This document shows positions 1 to 10,206 of a stretch of 57,647 bases of DNA, piece after piece; within the stretch, counting starts at the first letter, position 1; the number at the start of each line of letters is the position of its first letter. The position numbers and the translations under genes were made by a program. The notes beneath the pieces are model-generated. The model worked only from the letters and a program-made list of their open reading frames with translations. It did not search any database and had not been told where the DNA came from. Source of the stretch: Candidatus Parcubacteria bacterium (GTDB lineage Bacteria; Patescibacteriota; Minisyncoccia; Phycocordibacterales; JAKAEA01); assembly GCA_963806325.1 (NCBI GenBank), contig CAWDXL010000019.1, positions 1 to 57,647 of the forward strand. Reading direction: 5' to 3'.

Positions 1-1
1 G

Positions 2-685
2 ATGTATTGCTATAGAGAGACTATTACCGGTACTGCTGAAGCTGAACATAAATATATCAAGCAGTCGGGAGGCAAAGGACAATACGGACATGTGAAGCTC
101 AATATCAAGCCGATGGAACCGCTCGAAGAAGGCAAGAAAATCGCCAAGAATGTACATCGTTCAGACGAATTCGAATTTATCGATTCCATCAAAGGAGGTG
201 TTATTCCTCAGGAGTTTATTCCAGCTGTCGAGAAAGGCGTTGAAGAAGCGATGCAGAGGGGGATCGTAGCCGGCTTCAAAATGGTCAATGTTTCCTGTGA
301 ACTTACCTACGGTTCGTATCACGATGTCGACTCATCCGAAATCGCCTACAAAATTGCTGCGTCTCAGGCATTCCAGGAGGCTGCTAAGCATGCAAAACCC
401 GTTATTCTTGAGCCTATTATGAAAGTGGAGGTGAGTGTGCCGGAAAAATTCTTCGGTGATATCACCGGTTCTCTTTCATCAAAGCGCGCTCAGATTGAAG
501 GCTTCGAAGATCGTCCGGGAGGAATCAAGCTTATCCGCGCCACCGTGCCATTGGCTGAAATGTTTGGTTATATGACCCAGCTTCGATCAATGACTGAAGG
601 CCGCGGCAATGCGCCGATGGAATTCTCACACTACGCTATTGTTCCTCCAAATGTCGAGAAAACAATTGTTGAAGCACGAAAGTAA
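2..685 (+). CDS. fusA: Elongation factor G, C-terminal part (starts before the window)
   Basis: [27 protein letters not shown] and LRSMTEGRG motifs of EF-G domains IV-V; lies upstream of tuf. Confidence 0.97.
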   Translation: MYCYRETITGTAEAEHKYIKQSGGKGQYGHVKLNIKPMEPLEEGKKIAKNVHRSDEFEFIDSIKGGVIPQEFIPAVEKGVEEAMQRGIVAGFKMVNVSCELTYGSYHDVDSSEIAYKIAASQAFQEAAKHAKPVILEPIMKVEVSVPEKFFGDITGSLSSKRAQIEGFEDRPGGIKLIRATVPLAEMFGYMTQLRSMTEGRGNAPMEFSHYAIVPPNVEKTIVEARK

Positions 686-763
686 TTCTTGTTGCGGATA
701 TGTGAACTGTTGTATACTTAACAATAAGCACAAGAGCTTGGTTTATTAGTTAATATATAAATT

Positions 764-997
764 ATGGATCAGTCTGTAAATCCAATGGGTAGCAGCGGTG
801 AGTCAAAAGTATGCAAGTGTACGCACCACAAAATGGGTCCGATAATGATGATTTTTATCGGTCTTGTTCTTTTGATTGGTGCACTCAACTATTTGACGTT
901 CCAGTGGGTTACGATTTTGGTTGCAGCAGCACTCATTATTATGGGTGCAGTAAAGCTTGGCGGCCACTCATGTAAATGTTGCGGCAACAAGCAGTAA
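764..997 (+). CDS. Small two-TM membrane protein with CKCTHH and CKCC ends
   Basis: 77 aa; two hydrophobic segments flanked by Cys/His clusters; TGTATACT -10-like box upstream and terminator downstream. Confidence 0.7.
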   Translation: MDQSVNPMGSSGESKVCKCTHHKMGPIMMIFIGLVLLIGALNYLTFQWVTILVAAALIIMGAVKLGGHSCKCCGNKQ

Positions 998-1050
998 AGA
1001 CAATCATTGCTTCCAATTTCAGATAACATTGATCGTTACATATACGATTG

Positions 1051-1083
1051 TAAAACCCCTCTGTTTATAGCAGAGGGGTTTTA
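1051..1083. terminator. Intrinsic terminator (bidirectional type)
   Basis: TAAAACCCCTCTG / CAGAGGGGTTTTA inverted repeat. Confidence 0.75.
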
Positions 1084-1084
1084 G

Positions 1085-1112
1085 TTGACAATATTTGAGG
1101 TTTTGCTAGTAT
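1085..1112 (+). promoter_or_regulatory. Sigma70-type promoter of tuf
   Basis: TTGACA-16 nt-TAGTAT with TG extension. Confidence 0.6.
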
Positions 1113-1220
1113 GGCTCTATCGCATTTTTGCGTCGTTTTTGTATCTGCTCTGTTCCTAAAAAACACTGAGCAGCACTGCAAATTTATTTGTTAGTTCATT
1201 AATCACTAAATTTAATAGAT

Positions 1221-2414
1221 ATGGCAGAAATATTTGATCGGTCAAAGCCGCACGTTAACGTCGGCACCATTGGCCACGTCGACCACGGTAAGACGACCTT
1301 AACGGCCGCAATTTTGAACGTCCTTCATCTTTCAGGTCAGCAGGTTAAATTGAAAGGAGTTAATGACATCGACTCAGCTCCTGAGGAAAAAGCTCGCGGT
1401 ATTACGATTGCGCTCTCGCACAACGAATACTCGACTGTCAACAGGCACTATGCCCACATCGATGCTCCAGGCCACGCCGACTACATCAAGAACATGATCA
1501 CCGGTGCTGCTCAAATGGACGGCGCGATTCTTGTTGTTGCTGCTACTGACGGCGTCATGCCTCAGACTCGCGAGCACATTCTCTTGGCTCACCAGGTTGG
1601 CGTGCCTAAGATTATCGTCTTCTTGAATAAAGTTGACATGGTTGACGATCCAGAGCTTATCGACCTCGTTGAGGAAGAAGTTCGCGATTTTCTCACAAAA
1701 AACGACTACGACGGCAAAAACACTCCAGTTATCCGCGGTTCAGCTCTCAAGGCTTTGGAAGCAAAAGATATCAATGATCCATGGGCTCAGAAAGTTCTTG
1801 AGCTTACAAAGACACTCGATGAATATATTCCAATTCCAGTTCGCGATACCGATAAGCCGTTTCTTATGCCCGTTGAAGATATTTTCTCAATTGAAGGCCG
1901 CGGAACGGTAGTCACCGGAAAAATCGAGCGCGGTATGGTGAAAGTCGGCGAAGATGTTGAAGTCGTCGGTCTCAAGCCTACAGCAAAGACAACCGTTACC
2001 GGTATTGAAATGTTCAATAAGCAGCTCAATGAAGGTATGGCTGGAGACAATGCTGGAGTTTTGCTCCGCGGTCTCAAGAAAGAAGACATTACTCGCGGCC
2101 AGGTCATTGCAAAGCCGGGATCTGTCAATCCTCACACCGATTTTGAAGCAGAAGTATACATCTTGAAGAAAGAAGAAGGCGGACGCCATACTCCATTCTT
2201 CACTGGATACAAGCCTCAGTTTTACATCCGCACCACCGACGTTACCGGCGAAGTTACGCTTAAGGAAGGTGTTGAAATGGTTATGCCAGGCGACACCGTT
2301 ACATTCAAAGTGAAGCTTGTTGCCCCCGTTGTTATCGAAGAAAAAACACGCTTTGCTATCCGCGAAGGAGGCAAGACTGTGGGTGCCGGAGTCGTAACAA
2401 AAATTGTTGCCTAG
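1221..2414 (+). CDS. tuf: Elongation factor Tu
   Basis: [21 protein letters not shown] and [10 protein letters not shown] motifs. Confidence 0.99.
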   Translation: MAEIFDRSKPHVNVGTIGHVDHGKTTLTAAILNVLHLSGQQVKLKGVNDIDSAPEEKARGITIALSHNEYSTVNRHYAHIDAPGHADYIKNMITGAAQMDGAILVVAATDGVMPQTREHILLAHQVGVPKIIVFLNKVDMVDDPELIDLVEEEVRDFLTKNDYDGKNTPVIRGSALKALEAKDINDPWAQKVLELTKTLDEYIPIPVRDTDKPFLMPVEDIFSIEGRGTVVTGKIERGMVKVGEDVEVVGLKPTAKTTVTGIEMFNKQLNEGMAGDNAGVLLRGLKKEDITRGQVIAKPGSVNPHTDFEAEVYILKKEEGGRHTPFFTGYKPQFYIRTTDVTGEVTLKEGVEMVMPGDTVTFKVKLVAPVVIEEKTRFAIREGGKTVGAGVVTKIVA

Positions 2415-2455
2415 TCATTTTTTCAGGATTTCATTATCAACACTTAATTACGAAC

Positions 2456-2825
2456 ATGCCAGAAGCGATCATAAAGAAAACAAAGACTCCAAAAGCTTCT
2501 GCTGCCAAGAAGGATGCTATTCAGCGACTGCGAATCAGGGTTCGCGCGTATGAATATAAGATTCTTGACGTGTCCGTTAAGCAGATTATTGATACTGCTA
2601 TCCGCTACGACGCACAAGTTGTCGGTCCCATTCCATCTGCCGACCGAAATAAAGAAATATACCGTTAATCGTTCAGCCTTCATCTACAAGAATGCCCGCG
2701 AACAGTTTGAAATGCGTGTGCATAAGCGCTTGATCGACATTATCAACCCCTCACCAAAAATTATCGAATCACTCACCAATCTCAGCCTGCCTTCAGGCGT
2801 GAATATTGACGTGAAGATAATCTAA
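2456..2825 (+). CDS. rpsJ: 30S ribosomal protein S10 (one +1 indel near 2636)
   Basis: RLRIRVRAYEYKILD...VVGPIP in one frame, LPTEIKKYTVNRS...REQFEMRVHKRLIDI in another. Confidence 0.92.
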
Positions 2826-2840
2826 TCTGCTTCTACTGTT

Positions 2841-3461
2841 ATGAAATTCATGCTTGGTATAAAACAGAATATGACGCAGATCTTTGATGAAGACGGCAGA
2901 GTGCATCCTGTCACTGTCCTTTCGACAGGTCCTGTTACGGTCACTCAAGTGAAGACAGTAGAGGCTGACGGCTACAAGGCATTTCAGGTTGGGTACGGTA
3001 CAAAACACGAAAAAAATATCTCAAAAGCTCAGAAAGGCCACTTCAAAACTCTTGGTAATTTCAGACACGTCAAGGAATTCCGCACACAAGATGCTGATAA
3101 GTCTGTTATGAATGTCGGCGACAAGATTGATTCATCTATCTTTAAAGAAGGCGATCTTGTTGAAGTGTCAGCTATTTCAAAAGGCAAAGGCTTTCAGGGC
3201 GTTGTAAAGCGCCACGGCTTTCATGGAGGTCCTCGATCTCACGGTCAGAAGCATTCAGAACGAGAACCAGGTTCTATTTCCGGAGGCACAAGAAACGGCG
3301 GTCGCGTACCGACAGGTATGCGCATGGCTGGACGCATGGGCAGTGATCGTGTGACGGTTAAGAATTTAAAGATCGCTCAGATTGATCCTGAAACAGGCCT
3401 CATGCTTGTCACAGGAGCGATTCCAGGAAGAAGGGGAACGTTAGTAGAAATTCGCGGCTAG
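2841..3461 (+). CDS. rplC: 50S ribosomal protein L3
   Basis: SKGKGFQGVVKRHGF and MAGRMG motifs; operon position. Confidence 0.98.
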   Translation: MKFMLGIKQNMTQIFDEDGRVHPVTVLSTGPVTVTQVKTVEADGYKAFQVGYGTKHEKNISKAQKGHFKTLGNFRHVKEFRTQDADKSVMNVGDKIDSSIFKEGDLVEVSAISKGKGFQGVVKRHGFHGGPRSHGQKHSEREPGSISGGTRNGGRVPTGMRMAGRMGSDRVTVKNLKIAQIDPETGLMLVTGAIPGRRGTLVEIRG

Positions 3462-3472
3462 ACAATACCATC

Positions 3473-4139
3473 ATGGAATCAACAATTTACAACACAAAAG
3501 GCGAGAAGGCCGGAAAAATCACTCTTCCTGAAGAATATTTTTGGCACAACATGGAATGCCGACTTGGTTCACCAAGTTGTCACAGGAATGATGGCAAATG
3601 CCCGCGAAAATATTGCTCACACAAAGACTCGCGCTGAAGTGCGCGGCGGAGGCAAGAAGCCATGGCAGCAGAAAGGTACCGGACGCGCCCGACACGGCTC
3701 ATCACGATCTCCAATCTGGGTTGGCGGAGGTGTTACTCATGGTCCTCGCAATGACAAGAATTACACAAAGAAGGTAAACCGCAAGATGAAAGCCGCTGCC
3801 TTCTCTTCGATTCTTGCCCGCAAATACAAAGATAATGAAATAATTTTTGTTGATGCTCTCGAATTTACGGCTCCAAAATCAGCTGATGCCGCAGTCGTTT
3901 TGAAATCACTCTCCGGCATCAAAGGCTTCGAGCGCCTCGGCACCAAGAAGCTCAACGCCGCATTCATTGCACTTCCTAAGAAAGATGCTGCAACGGAAAA
4001 AAGCTTTAGAAATTTTGGTCATGTCGAAGTCGGCGAAGCTCGCAACTTGAACCCCCTCCATGTGTTGAATTACAAGTATCTTGTAATTGCAAACCCTGAG
4101 GTGTCCATCAAGGCGCTTGCCGTATCAGCACATAATTAA
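3473..4139 (+). CDS. rplD: 50S ribosomal protein L4 (indel near 3535; true start ATG 3473)
   Basis: TKTRAEVRGGGKKPWQQKGTGRARHGS; N-terminus MESTIYNTKGEKAGKITLPE is in another frame. Confidence 0.93.
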
Positions 4140-4153
4140 TCAGACATACTATC

Positions 4154-4522
4154 ATGGCACTCTTCGGCACAAAAAAGAATACAACAAAGAAACCGGCTCC
4201 AGCAGCTTCCGTTGTAGCTGTAAAAAAAGCGGGCCCAGCTATCGTCCGCGATTTGTCCGGCATTATTCGCCGTCCACACATTACAGAAAAAGCATCTTTT
4301 TCTGCCGAGCAGGGTGTTTATATTTTTAATGTCGCTACGACTGCCACCAAACACACCGTTGCTGCTGCCATTTCCGAACTTTACAATGTGAAGCCGGTAA
4401 AAGTTACCGTGGCCGCAATCACTGAAAAGAAGAAATTCTCTCGAGGCGCATGGGGCGTAAAAGGAGGCGGCAAAAAAGCTCATGTTTTTCTTAAGAAAGG
4501 GGATGTTATTGAATTTGTATAA
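4154..4522 (+). CDS. rplW: 50S ribosomal protein L23 with N-terminal extension
   Basis: IIRRPHITEKA...KKAHVFLKKG. Confidence 0.93.
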   Translation: MALFGTKKNTTKKPAPAASVVAVKKAGPAIVRDLSGIIRRPHITEKASFSAEQGVYIFNVATTATKHTVAAAISELYNVKPVKVTVAAITEKKKFSRGAWGVKGGGKKAHVFLKKGDVIEFV

Positions 4523-4551
4523 TTTAAAAATTTTCCGTTATAAATAAAATT

Positions 4552-5403
4552 ATGAAATCATACAGACCAACAACAAAATCCCGACGCGGCATGACCACCA
4601 TTTCGTATAAGGGTGTCATTACCACAAACAATCCTGAAAAATCATTGACCCATGGTTTCCAGCAATCTGTCGGCCGCAACAGCCAGGGAAAAGTTACCAC
4701 TCGCCACCATGGCGCCGGCCACAAGCGTCTCTATCGCGAAGTTGATTTTGTATACAATAAGAAAAATATTCCCGCAAAAATCGTTTCAGTAGAATATGAT
4801 CCAAACCGAACGGGTTTCATCGCTCTCGCTATCTATGCAGACGGAGAAAAGCGCTACGTGCTTGTGCCTAAGAGCTTGAAAGTAGGGGACACATTCGTTG
4901 TTTCAGAAAAAGCAGATATTAAAACCGGCAATCGTCTTTTAATAAAAAATATTCCTGTCGGTACGTTTGTTTACAACGTTGAGCTTAAGCCTCAAGGCGG
5001 CGGTGTTATTGCCCGCTCAGCCGGCAACTACGCAGAAGTTATTGCTCATGATGCCGGATATGCTCAGCTTCGCATGCCGTCATCTGAAGTCCGAAAAGTT
5101 CTTGAGACTGCCTGGGCATCTGTTGGTGAAGTTTCAAACGAAGAAAACAGGCTCGTTAACCTCGGCAAAGCCGGCCGATCTCGTTGGCTCGGTATTCGCC
5201 CAACAGTCCGCGGTACTGCTCAAAACCCTGTTGACCATCCATACGGAGGAGGTGAAGGCCGCCAGGGACGAGGTACGCGCCGTGCGAAGTCTGTCTATGG
5301 CAAGCCTACCGGCAAAGGCCAGAAGTCACGCCGAGCCAAGAAATACTCCAACGTCTTCATTGTTTCCCGCCGCAAGGTCGGAAAAATCCGAAAGACAGCA
5401 TAG
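4552..5403 (+). CDS. rplB: 50S ribosomal protein L2
   Basis: EYDPNRT, GKAGRSRW and NPVDHPYGGGEG motifs. Confidence 0.98.
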   Translation: MKSYRPTTKSRRGMTTISYKGVITTNNPEKSLTHGFQQSVGRNSQGKVTTRHHGAGHKRLYREVDFVYNKKNIPAKIVSVEYDPNRTGFIALAIYADGEKRYVLVPKSLKVGDTFVVSEKADIKTGNRLLIKNIPVGTFVYNVELKPQGGGVIARSAGNYAEVIAHDAGYAQLRMPSSEVRKVLETAWASVGEVSNEENRLVNLGKAGRSRWLGIRPTVRGTAQNPVDHPYGGGEGRQGRGTRRAKSVYGKPTGKGQKSRRAKKYSNVFIVSRRKVGKIRKTA

Positions 5404-5416
5404 TCTCAAAAAAATA

Positions 5417-5470
5417 ATTATAAACCATAGAAAAACCCTGATATATCAGGGTTTTTCTATGGTTTATAAT
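5417..5470. repeat. Perfect 54-bp palindrome (terminator/promoter overlap)
   Basis: ATTATAAACCATAGAAAAACCCTGATA|TATCAGGGTTTTTCTATGGTTTATAAT, checked base by base. Confidence 0.9.
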
Positions 5471-5560
5471 CGTGCTGGTGTTTATATATAAGTATGTTAT
5501 GGTTTCATCTAGTTTAGTTCTTACCCTTTTCTCCGCACAATAGTGCGGAAGGAGTTCCTT

Positions 5561-6133
5561 GTGACTGCTTCAAATACACCTGGCACGACAGTTTCGGGTC
5601 AGTTGGCAACTATAGATCGGATCATGGTCGGTGCCACTACTCCACTTGTATCATTCTCATTTTCCCTTTCAGCATATGCCCGCAATCTGATTCCGCCATG
5701 GATGAAACCTGTATCTAATCATCAGAACCCGCATCCAGGAAGAGATCGTGGCAACATTTTTTTTGAAAGTGCTGAGATTATCAATATCTCCGATCTCATT
5801 GATGGTTTGGTCCAGGTCGGCTATAAATTCGCACGTGCCAAACTTGTGCCGAGCTGTGGCAGGGAAGGACAACTCCGAAACAGGCTATCTTTTATGCTGG
5901 TTTTTAAGCCGTGGGATGGCACAACCTTGTCTCTCGGTCAAATTGAGAGCCTTCACCCCTTATGGAAGAGTAACTGCTGGCAGATGACGGGATATGAGAA
6001 TGCCGACAATTCTCTTGGCTTCAAACTCTCCGGCCGCCAACCATTGGTAAACTGCGGCGAATATCAGCCTAAATTTACCCTATTTGTGACTAATGGCCTG
6101 ATCATGGTGCGCCCGCTCAAATTGAAGTCTTAA
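5561..6133 (+). CDS. Hypothetical protein inserted between rplB and rpsS
   Basis: ~190-codon ORF; GTG start 6 nt after AAGGAG; followed by a terminator. Confidence 0.6.
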   Translation: MTASNTPGTTVSGQLATIDRIMVGATTPLVSFSFSLSAYARNLIPPWMKPVSNHQNPHPGRDRGNIFFESAEIINISDLIDGLVQVGYKFARAKLVPSCGREGQLRNRLSFMLVFKPWDGTTLSLGQIESLHPLWKSNCWQMTGYENADNSLGFKLSGRQPLVNCGEYQPKFTLFVTNGLIMVRPLKLKS

Positions 6134-6165
6134 AACACTGCAAAATGACGATAGTTTATTCTTGT

Positions 6166-6197
6166 AAGCTGGAATCCTTCTAAGGATTCCAGCTTTT
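6166..6197 (+). terminator. Intrinsic terminator
   Basis: AAGCTGGAATCCTT-CT-AAGGATTCCAGCTT then TT. Confidence 0.75.
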
Positions 6198-6211
6198 CAT
6201 TTAATAGCTAT

Positions 6212-6240
6212 TTGACATCACAACCTCTTTCATATAAGAT
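6212..6240 (+). promoter_or_regulatory. Internal promoter restarting the r-protein operon at rpsS
   Basis: TTGACA-17 nt-TAAGAT. Confidence 0.6.
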
Positions 6241-6279
6241 GCATAGCACGCTCTTCAGAGCTGTTTTATTTAGTGCACT

Positions 6280-6627
6280 ATGTCACGATCACTCAAAAAA
6301 GGACCTTATGTTGACGCAAAACTCCTCAAAAAGATTGAGGGAAAAAAACCGCAGGCTACCGGTCCTATTAAGACGTGGGCACGCGCAAGCGCCATTGCTC
6401 CTGAGATGGTCGGTTTTATTTTTGCGGTTCACAATGGCCGAGACCATGTAGAAGTTCTTGTTTCTGAGGAAATGGTTGGCCACAAGCTTGGTGAATTTTC
6501 TCTCACGAGGAAGTTCGTCAAACACGGCGGTAAGATGCAGAAAGAGCTTGAACAGAAATCAAAGGATGCTGAAATGGCCGCAGCCCAGGCTGCCAAAGCC
6601 GCCACGACAGATGCCGCTAAAAAATAA
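6280..6627 (+). CDS. rpsS: 30S ribosomal protein S19
   Basis: [12 protein letters not shown] and [10 protein letters not shown] motifs. Confidence 0.98.
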   Translation: MSRSLKKGPYVDAKLLKKIEGKKPQATGPIKTWARASAIAPEMVGFIFAVHNGRDHVEVLVSEEMVGHKLGEFSLTRKFVKHGGKMQKELEQKSKDAEMAAAQAAKAATTDAAKK

Positions 6628-6646
6628 AGATTTTTAAAATATTATT

Positions 6647-7078
6647 ATGACCGCCGTCAGCGCACAACTCTCAAATTATCGACAAGCTCCCCGCAAAGTG
6701 AGAATTGTGGCTGATCTTGTACGTGGCAAACATGTGGTCGCAGCATTGGCCGAACTTGATTTTTTGGCAAAGCGTGCCGGCGAACCAATGTCAAAGCTCA
6801 TTAAATCAGCAATCGCTAATGCTGAAAATTTAAATATCAGCAAAGAACATCTCATTGTGAAGGAAATCCAGGTTGATCAGGGGGTGACGCTTAAGCGCTC
6901 CATGCCTCGCGCCCGCGGCCGAGCATTTCCTATTATGAAGCGCTGCAGTCATATTGTCGTTGTACTCGATGAGGGAACAACAAAGCCATCAAAAAAAGTT
7001 GCCCGTTCATCAAATACAAAGACGGAAGCGAAGAAAACAAATAAGAAAGAAGTAACAAGCAGCGAAAGCGTTGCATAA
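6647..7078 (+). CDS. rplV: 50S ribosomal protein L22
   Basis: PRKVRIVADLVRG and PRARGRA motifs. Confidence 0.97.
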   Translation: MTAVSAQLSNYRQAPRKVRIVADLVRGKHVVAALAELDFLAKRAGEPMSKLIKSAIANAENLNISKEHLIVKEIQVDQGVTLKRSMPRARGRAFPIMKRCSHIVVVLDEGTTKPSKKVARSSNTKTEAKKTNKKEVTSSESVA

Positions 7079-7086
7079 TTAATCAT

Positions 7087-7743
7087 ATGTCACACACTGT
7101 ACATCCATATTCACATCGACTTGGCATCTTGCGAGATTGGAAATCGCGCTGGTTCAACACCGATAAAAAATTCAGAGAGTTTTTGAAATGTGATGTGCTT
7201 TTGCGTGAGCACTTGGAGAAAAAGCTCCGCGGTATGTATGTCAGTTCTATTGAAATGGAGCGAAGCGAAAAATCATTGCGCGTCGCCATCAAAACATCTC
7301 GCCCGGGCATGATCATTGGCCGAAGCGGAGAAGGCGCAATCAAGCTCAAGAATGATATTCAGGAGTTTATTAAGGATTTGAAACTCACCACCAACCAGGA
7401 ATTGAAAGTTGATATCGAGGAAGTTCGTTCTCCTGAATCAAACGCTGCTATTGTCGGCTACATGGTCGCCGAGAGTTTGGAAAAGCGCTTGCCATTTAGA
7501 CGCGTGCTCAAGCAGACTGTTGAGAAGGTTATGGCAAACCGCGATGTGCAGGGAGTAAAAGTTGCTCTCGGCGGACGCCTCGGCGGCGCAGAAATGGCTC
7601 GTTATGAAGAGCTTAAACGCGGCCGGATTCCGCTTCAGACATTGCGCGCCGATATTGATTTTGCCCGTGAAAAGGCTCACATGACCTACGGCGATATCGG
7701 CATCAAAGTATGGATTTACAAGGGTGAAGTATTTAAGAAATAA
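7087..7743 (+). CDS. rpsC: 30S ribosomal protein S3
   Basis: RPGMIIGR, GRLGGAEMAR and PLQTLRADID motifs. Confidence 0.98.
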   Translation: MSHTVHPYSHRLGILRDWKSRWFNTDKKFREFLKCDVLLREHLEKKLRGMYVSSIEMERSEKSLRVAIKTSRPGMIIGRSGEGAIKLKNDIQEFIKDLKLTTNQELKVDIEEVRSPESNAAIVGYMVAESLEKRLPFRRVLKQTVEKVMANRDVQGVKVALGGRLGGAEMARYEELKRGRIPLQTLRADIDFAREKAHMTYGDIGIKVWIYKGEVFKK

Positions 7744-7763
7744 TTGAATCGTTATTTACTACC

Positions 7764-8189
7764 ATGCAATTCTTTCCTAAAAAAATTCTTCACCGAAAAT
7801 GGCACACCCTCCGCCGCAATCCGGAGCGCTCAATGATTGACAGCCGCGGATCAACTATTTCTTTCGGTTCATTTGGCCTCAAAGCCACATCCGAAGCTCG
7901 CGTCCGATCAAATCAGATTGAAGCAGCCCGAAAAGTTATTTCTCGTTCGCTTGGAAAAACCGGAAAAATTTGGGTCCGCATCTTTCCAGATATGCCGTAC
8001 ACACAGAAGCCTGCCGAAGTAAAAATGGGCAAGGGAAAAGGCGATCCTGTTGGCTATCAGATTCAAGTATGGCCGGGCCGCATCATGTTTGAAATTGACG
8101 GCATTGGTGCCACGGAAGCAAAAGAAGCTTTGAGAAAAGCTGGCACAAAATTGCCGCTTAAAACAAAAATTGTATCACGCGAAGACTAA
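7764..8189 (+). CDS. rplP: 50S ribosomal protein L16
   Basis: QIEAAR, WVRIFPD and MGKGKG motifs. Confidence 0.97.
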   Translation: MQFFPKKILHRKWHTLRRNPERSMIDSRGSTISFGSFGLKATSEARVRSNQIEAARKVISRSLGKTGKIWVRIFPDMPYTQKPAEVKMGKGKGDPVGYQIQVWPGRIMFEIDGIGATEAKEALRKAGTKLPLKTKIVSRED

Positions 8190-8197
8190 CCACCATC

Positions 8198-8383
8198 ATG
8201 TCAGATTTTAAAAACAAAACCAAAGAAGAATTAAACAAAACGCTTGCGGAAAAGCGCATTGCTCTTCGCACATTTCGTTTTAATATTTCTGGTTCAAAGG
8301 TCAAGAACGTTAAAGAAGGGATGAATCTCCGCAAGGACATTGCCCGAATCATGACAGAGTTGAAAACTATGTCTCGCATTTAA
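8198..8383 (+). CDS. rpmC: 50S ribosomal protein L29
   Basis: LRKDIARIMT; position between rplP and rpsQ. Confidence 0.93.
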   Translation: MSDFKNKTKEELNKTLAEKRIALRTFRFNISGSKVKNVKEGMNLRKDIARIMTELKTMSRI

Positions 8384-8394
8384 TTTTTAATATC

Positions 8395-8676
8395 ATGAAT
8401 AGCACGACACCAAAAACCACAGCATCTATCGAAACCAAGGGTTCTCCCAAGAAACTTTCAGGTGTCGTAGTATCTGACAAAATGAAGGATACCGTAGTGG
8501 TTCTTGTTGAACGCTATATCAAACATCCGAAGTATCAGAAGTTTATCCAGCGCCGCAAGCGTTTCCAGGCACATGACGCGGGGAATACTGCAAAAGTGGG
8601 CGACAATGTAGTCATCGAAGAGACACGGCCGATCTCCAAGAATAAACACTTTAAGATTCTCGAAATCAAAAAATAA
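8395..8676 (+). CDS. rpsQ: 30S ribosomal protein S17
   Basis: GVVVSDKMKDT, HPKY and ETRPISKNK motifs. Confidence 0.97.
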   Translation: MNSTTPKTTASIETKGSPKKLSGVVVSDKMKDTVVVLVERYIKHPKYQKFIQRRKRFQAHDAGNTAKVGDNVVIEETRPISKNKHFKILEIKK

Positions 8677-8681
8677 GATAT

Positions 8682-9059
8682 ATGATACAGCCTCGCTCAA
8701 TAGTAGTAATAGCAGACAACACCGGCGGAAAAATCGGCCGCATCTTCAAAGTGCTTGGCAGTTCAAAGAAGCGCTATGCAGAAATCGGCGATCTCGTCGT
8801 GCTCTCTGTTCAGAAAGCTGAGCCTCGCAAAGCAGTAAAGAAGAAGGATGTGCTTAAAGCTGTCGTTGTTCGCCAAAAGAAAGCCTTCAGACGCAAAGAC
8901 GGTTCGTATATCCGATTTGATGAAAACGCAGTTGTTATCGTTGCTCAGGCCAAGAAGGAATACAATCCGGTCGGCGGCCGCGTTTTCGGTCCTATTCCGC
9001 GCGAGATTTCTGAATTTGGTTTCCAGAGTATTACATCATTGGCACAAGAGGTTGTATAA
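8682..9059 (+). CDS. rplN: 50S ribosomal protein L14
   Basis: MIQ, ADNTG, IRFDENA and RVFGP motifs. Confidence 0.98.
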   Translation: MIQPRSIVVIADNTGGKIGRIFKVLGSSKKRYAEIGDLVVLSVQKAEPRKAVKKKDVLKAVVVRQKKAFRRKDGSYIRFDENAVVIVAQAKKEYNPVGGRVFGPIPREISEFGFQSITSLAQEVV

Positions 9060-9064
9060 ATACC

Positions 9065-9325
9065 ATGAAAATTAAAAAAGACGATTCAATTGTAGTAATA
9101 ACAGGCAAAGACAAAGGCAAGACCGGCAAGGTTGCCAAGGCTTTTCCTCGCCTTGATATGGTCCTTGTGCCTGGTATCAATGTGCACAAGCGCCATCGCC
9201 GCCCGACCCGCGAAGGTCAGAAAGGCCAAATTATCGAGATGGCTCATCCCATTCACGTTTCAAATGTAAAGAAAGAAGGAGACACACCGGCTGTAAAAAA
9301 GCCTCGTGCTAAGAAAGTTGCATAA
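9065..9325 (+). CDS. rplX: 50S ribosomal protein L24
   Basis: VITGKDKGKTG KOW motif; PIHVSNV. Confidence 0.96.
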   Translation: MKIKKDDSIVVITGKDKGKTGKVAKAFPRLDMVLVPGINVHKRHRRPTREGQKGQIIEMAHPIHVSNVKKEGDTPAVKKPRAKKVA

Positions 9326-9330
9326 TCACC

Positions 9331-9969
9331 ATGAAAACCATTCAAGAAAAAAAATCAACATCGTTTCCTGCTCTTAAGGAGATGTTTGGATATAAAAATA
9401 TTATGCAGGCGCCACGACTCGTCAAAGTCGTAGTATCATGCGGCATCGGCTCTCTTAAGGACAAGAAGAAGATCGCACTTGTTGCCGACCGCCTTGCAAA
9501 AATTACCGGTCAGAAAGCATCTGAGCGCGGAGCTAAGCAGTCAATCTCAAACTTTAAAATCCGTCAGGGCGATCCTGTTGGTTTTCAAATCACTCTCCGC
9601 GGCAAGCGCATGAATGATTTTCTTGACCGCCTTTTGAATATTGCATTGCCTCGTACGCGCGACTTCCGCGGAATTTCAGCTCAGGGAGTAGACGAGATGG
9701 GTAACTATACAATCGGTATCAAGGAGCACTCTATCTTTCCTGAGACCTCGGATGAGGATATTAGAGACGTTTTTGGTCTTGCGGTCACGGTAGTGACATC
9801 AGCCAAGAATGCCGCTGAAGCAAAGGCCTTTCTCGATCATCTCGGTTTCCCATTCAAGAAAGCCGGCTCTCAGCCTGATATTCTTGAGGCGGAGGCACAG
9901 GCTCGAAAGAGGGAAGAGAAAAAAAAGGCGCACAAGCCAAAAGAAAAGACGGTAGAAGCAGCAAAATAG
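9331..9969 (+). CDS. rplE: 50S ribosomal protein L5
   Basis: ITGQK, FKIRQG, LPRTRDFRG and GNYTIG motifs. Confidence 0.97.
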   Translation: MKTIQEKKSTSFPALKEMFGYKNIMQAPRLVKVVVSCGIGSLKDKKKIALVADRLAKITGQKASERGAKQSISNFKIRQGDPVGFQITLRGKRMNDFLDRLLNIALPRTRDFRGISAQGVDEMGNYTIGIKEHSIFPETSDEDIRDVFGLAVTVVTSAKNAAEAKAFLDHLGFPFKKAGSQPDILEAEAQARKREEKKKAHKPKEKTVEAAK

Positions 9970-9972
9970 TAA

Positions 9973-10001
9973 TTGACAGAGCCTTATCTTATTGTTAGTA
10001 T
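9973..10001 (+). promoter_or_regulatory. Internal promoter upstream of rpsN
   Basis: TTGACA-17 nt-TAGTAT with TG extension. Confidence 0.55.
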
Positions 10002-10013
10002 CACCCATACGTT

Positions 10014-10199
10014 ATGGCAAAAACATCAGTAATCGCACGATCTCTAAAGACACCAAAATACAGTACGCGAATCGTACGGCGATGTTTTCGCTGCGGCCGC
10101 AAGCACGGCTATATGCGCGAGTTTGATATGTGCCGCATCTGCTTCAGAGAGTTGGCCAACGACGGAAAAATTCCGGGCATCAGGAAGTCATCATGGTAA
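10014..10199 (+). CDS. rpsN: 30S ribosomal protein S14, Zn-binding (type Z)
   Basis: RCFRCGR...MCRICFRE; ends KSSW; 61 aa. Confidence 0.97.
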   Translation: MAKTSVIARSLKTPKYSTRIVRRCFRCGRKHGYMREFDMCRICFRELANDGKIPGIRKSSW

Positions 10200-10206
10200 T
10201 CATTTT

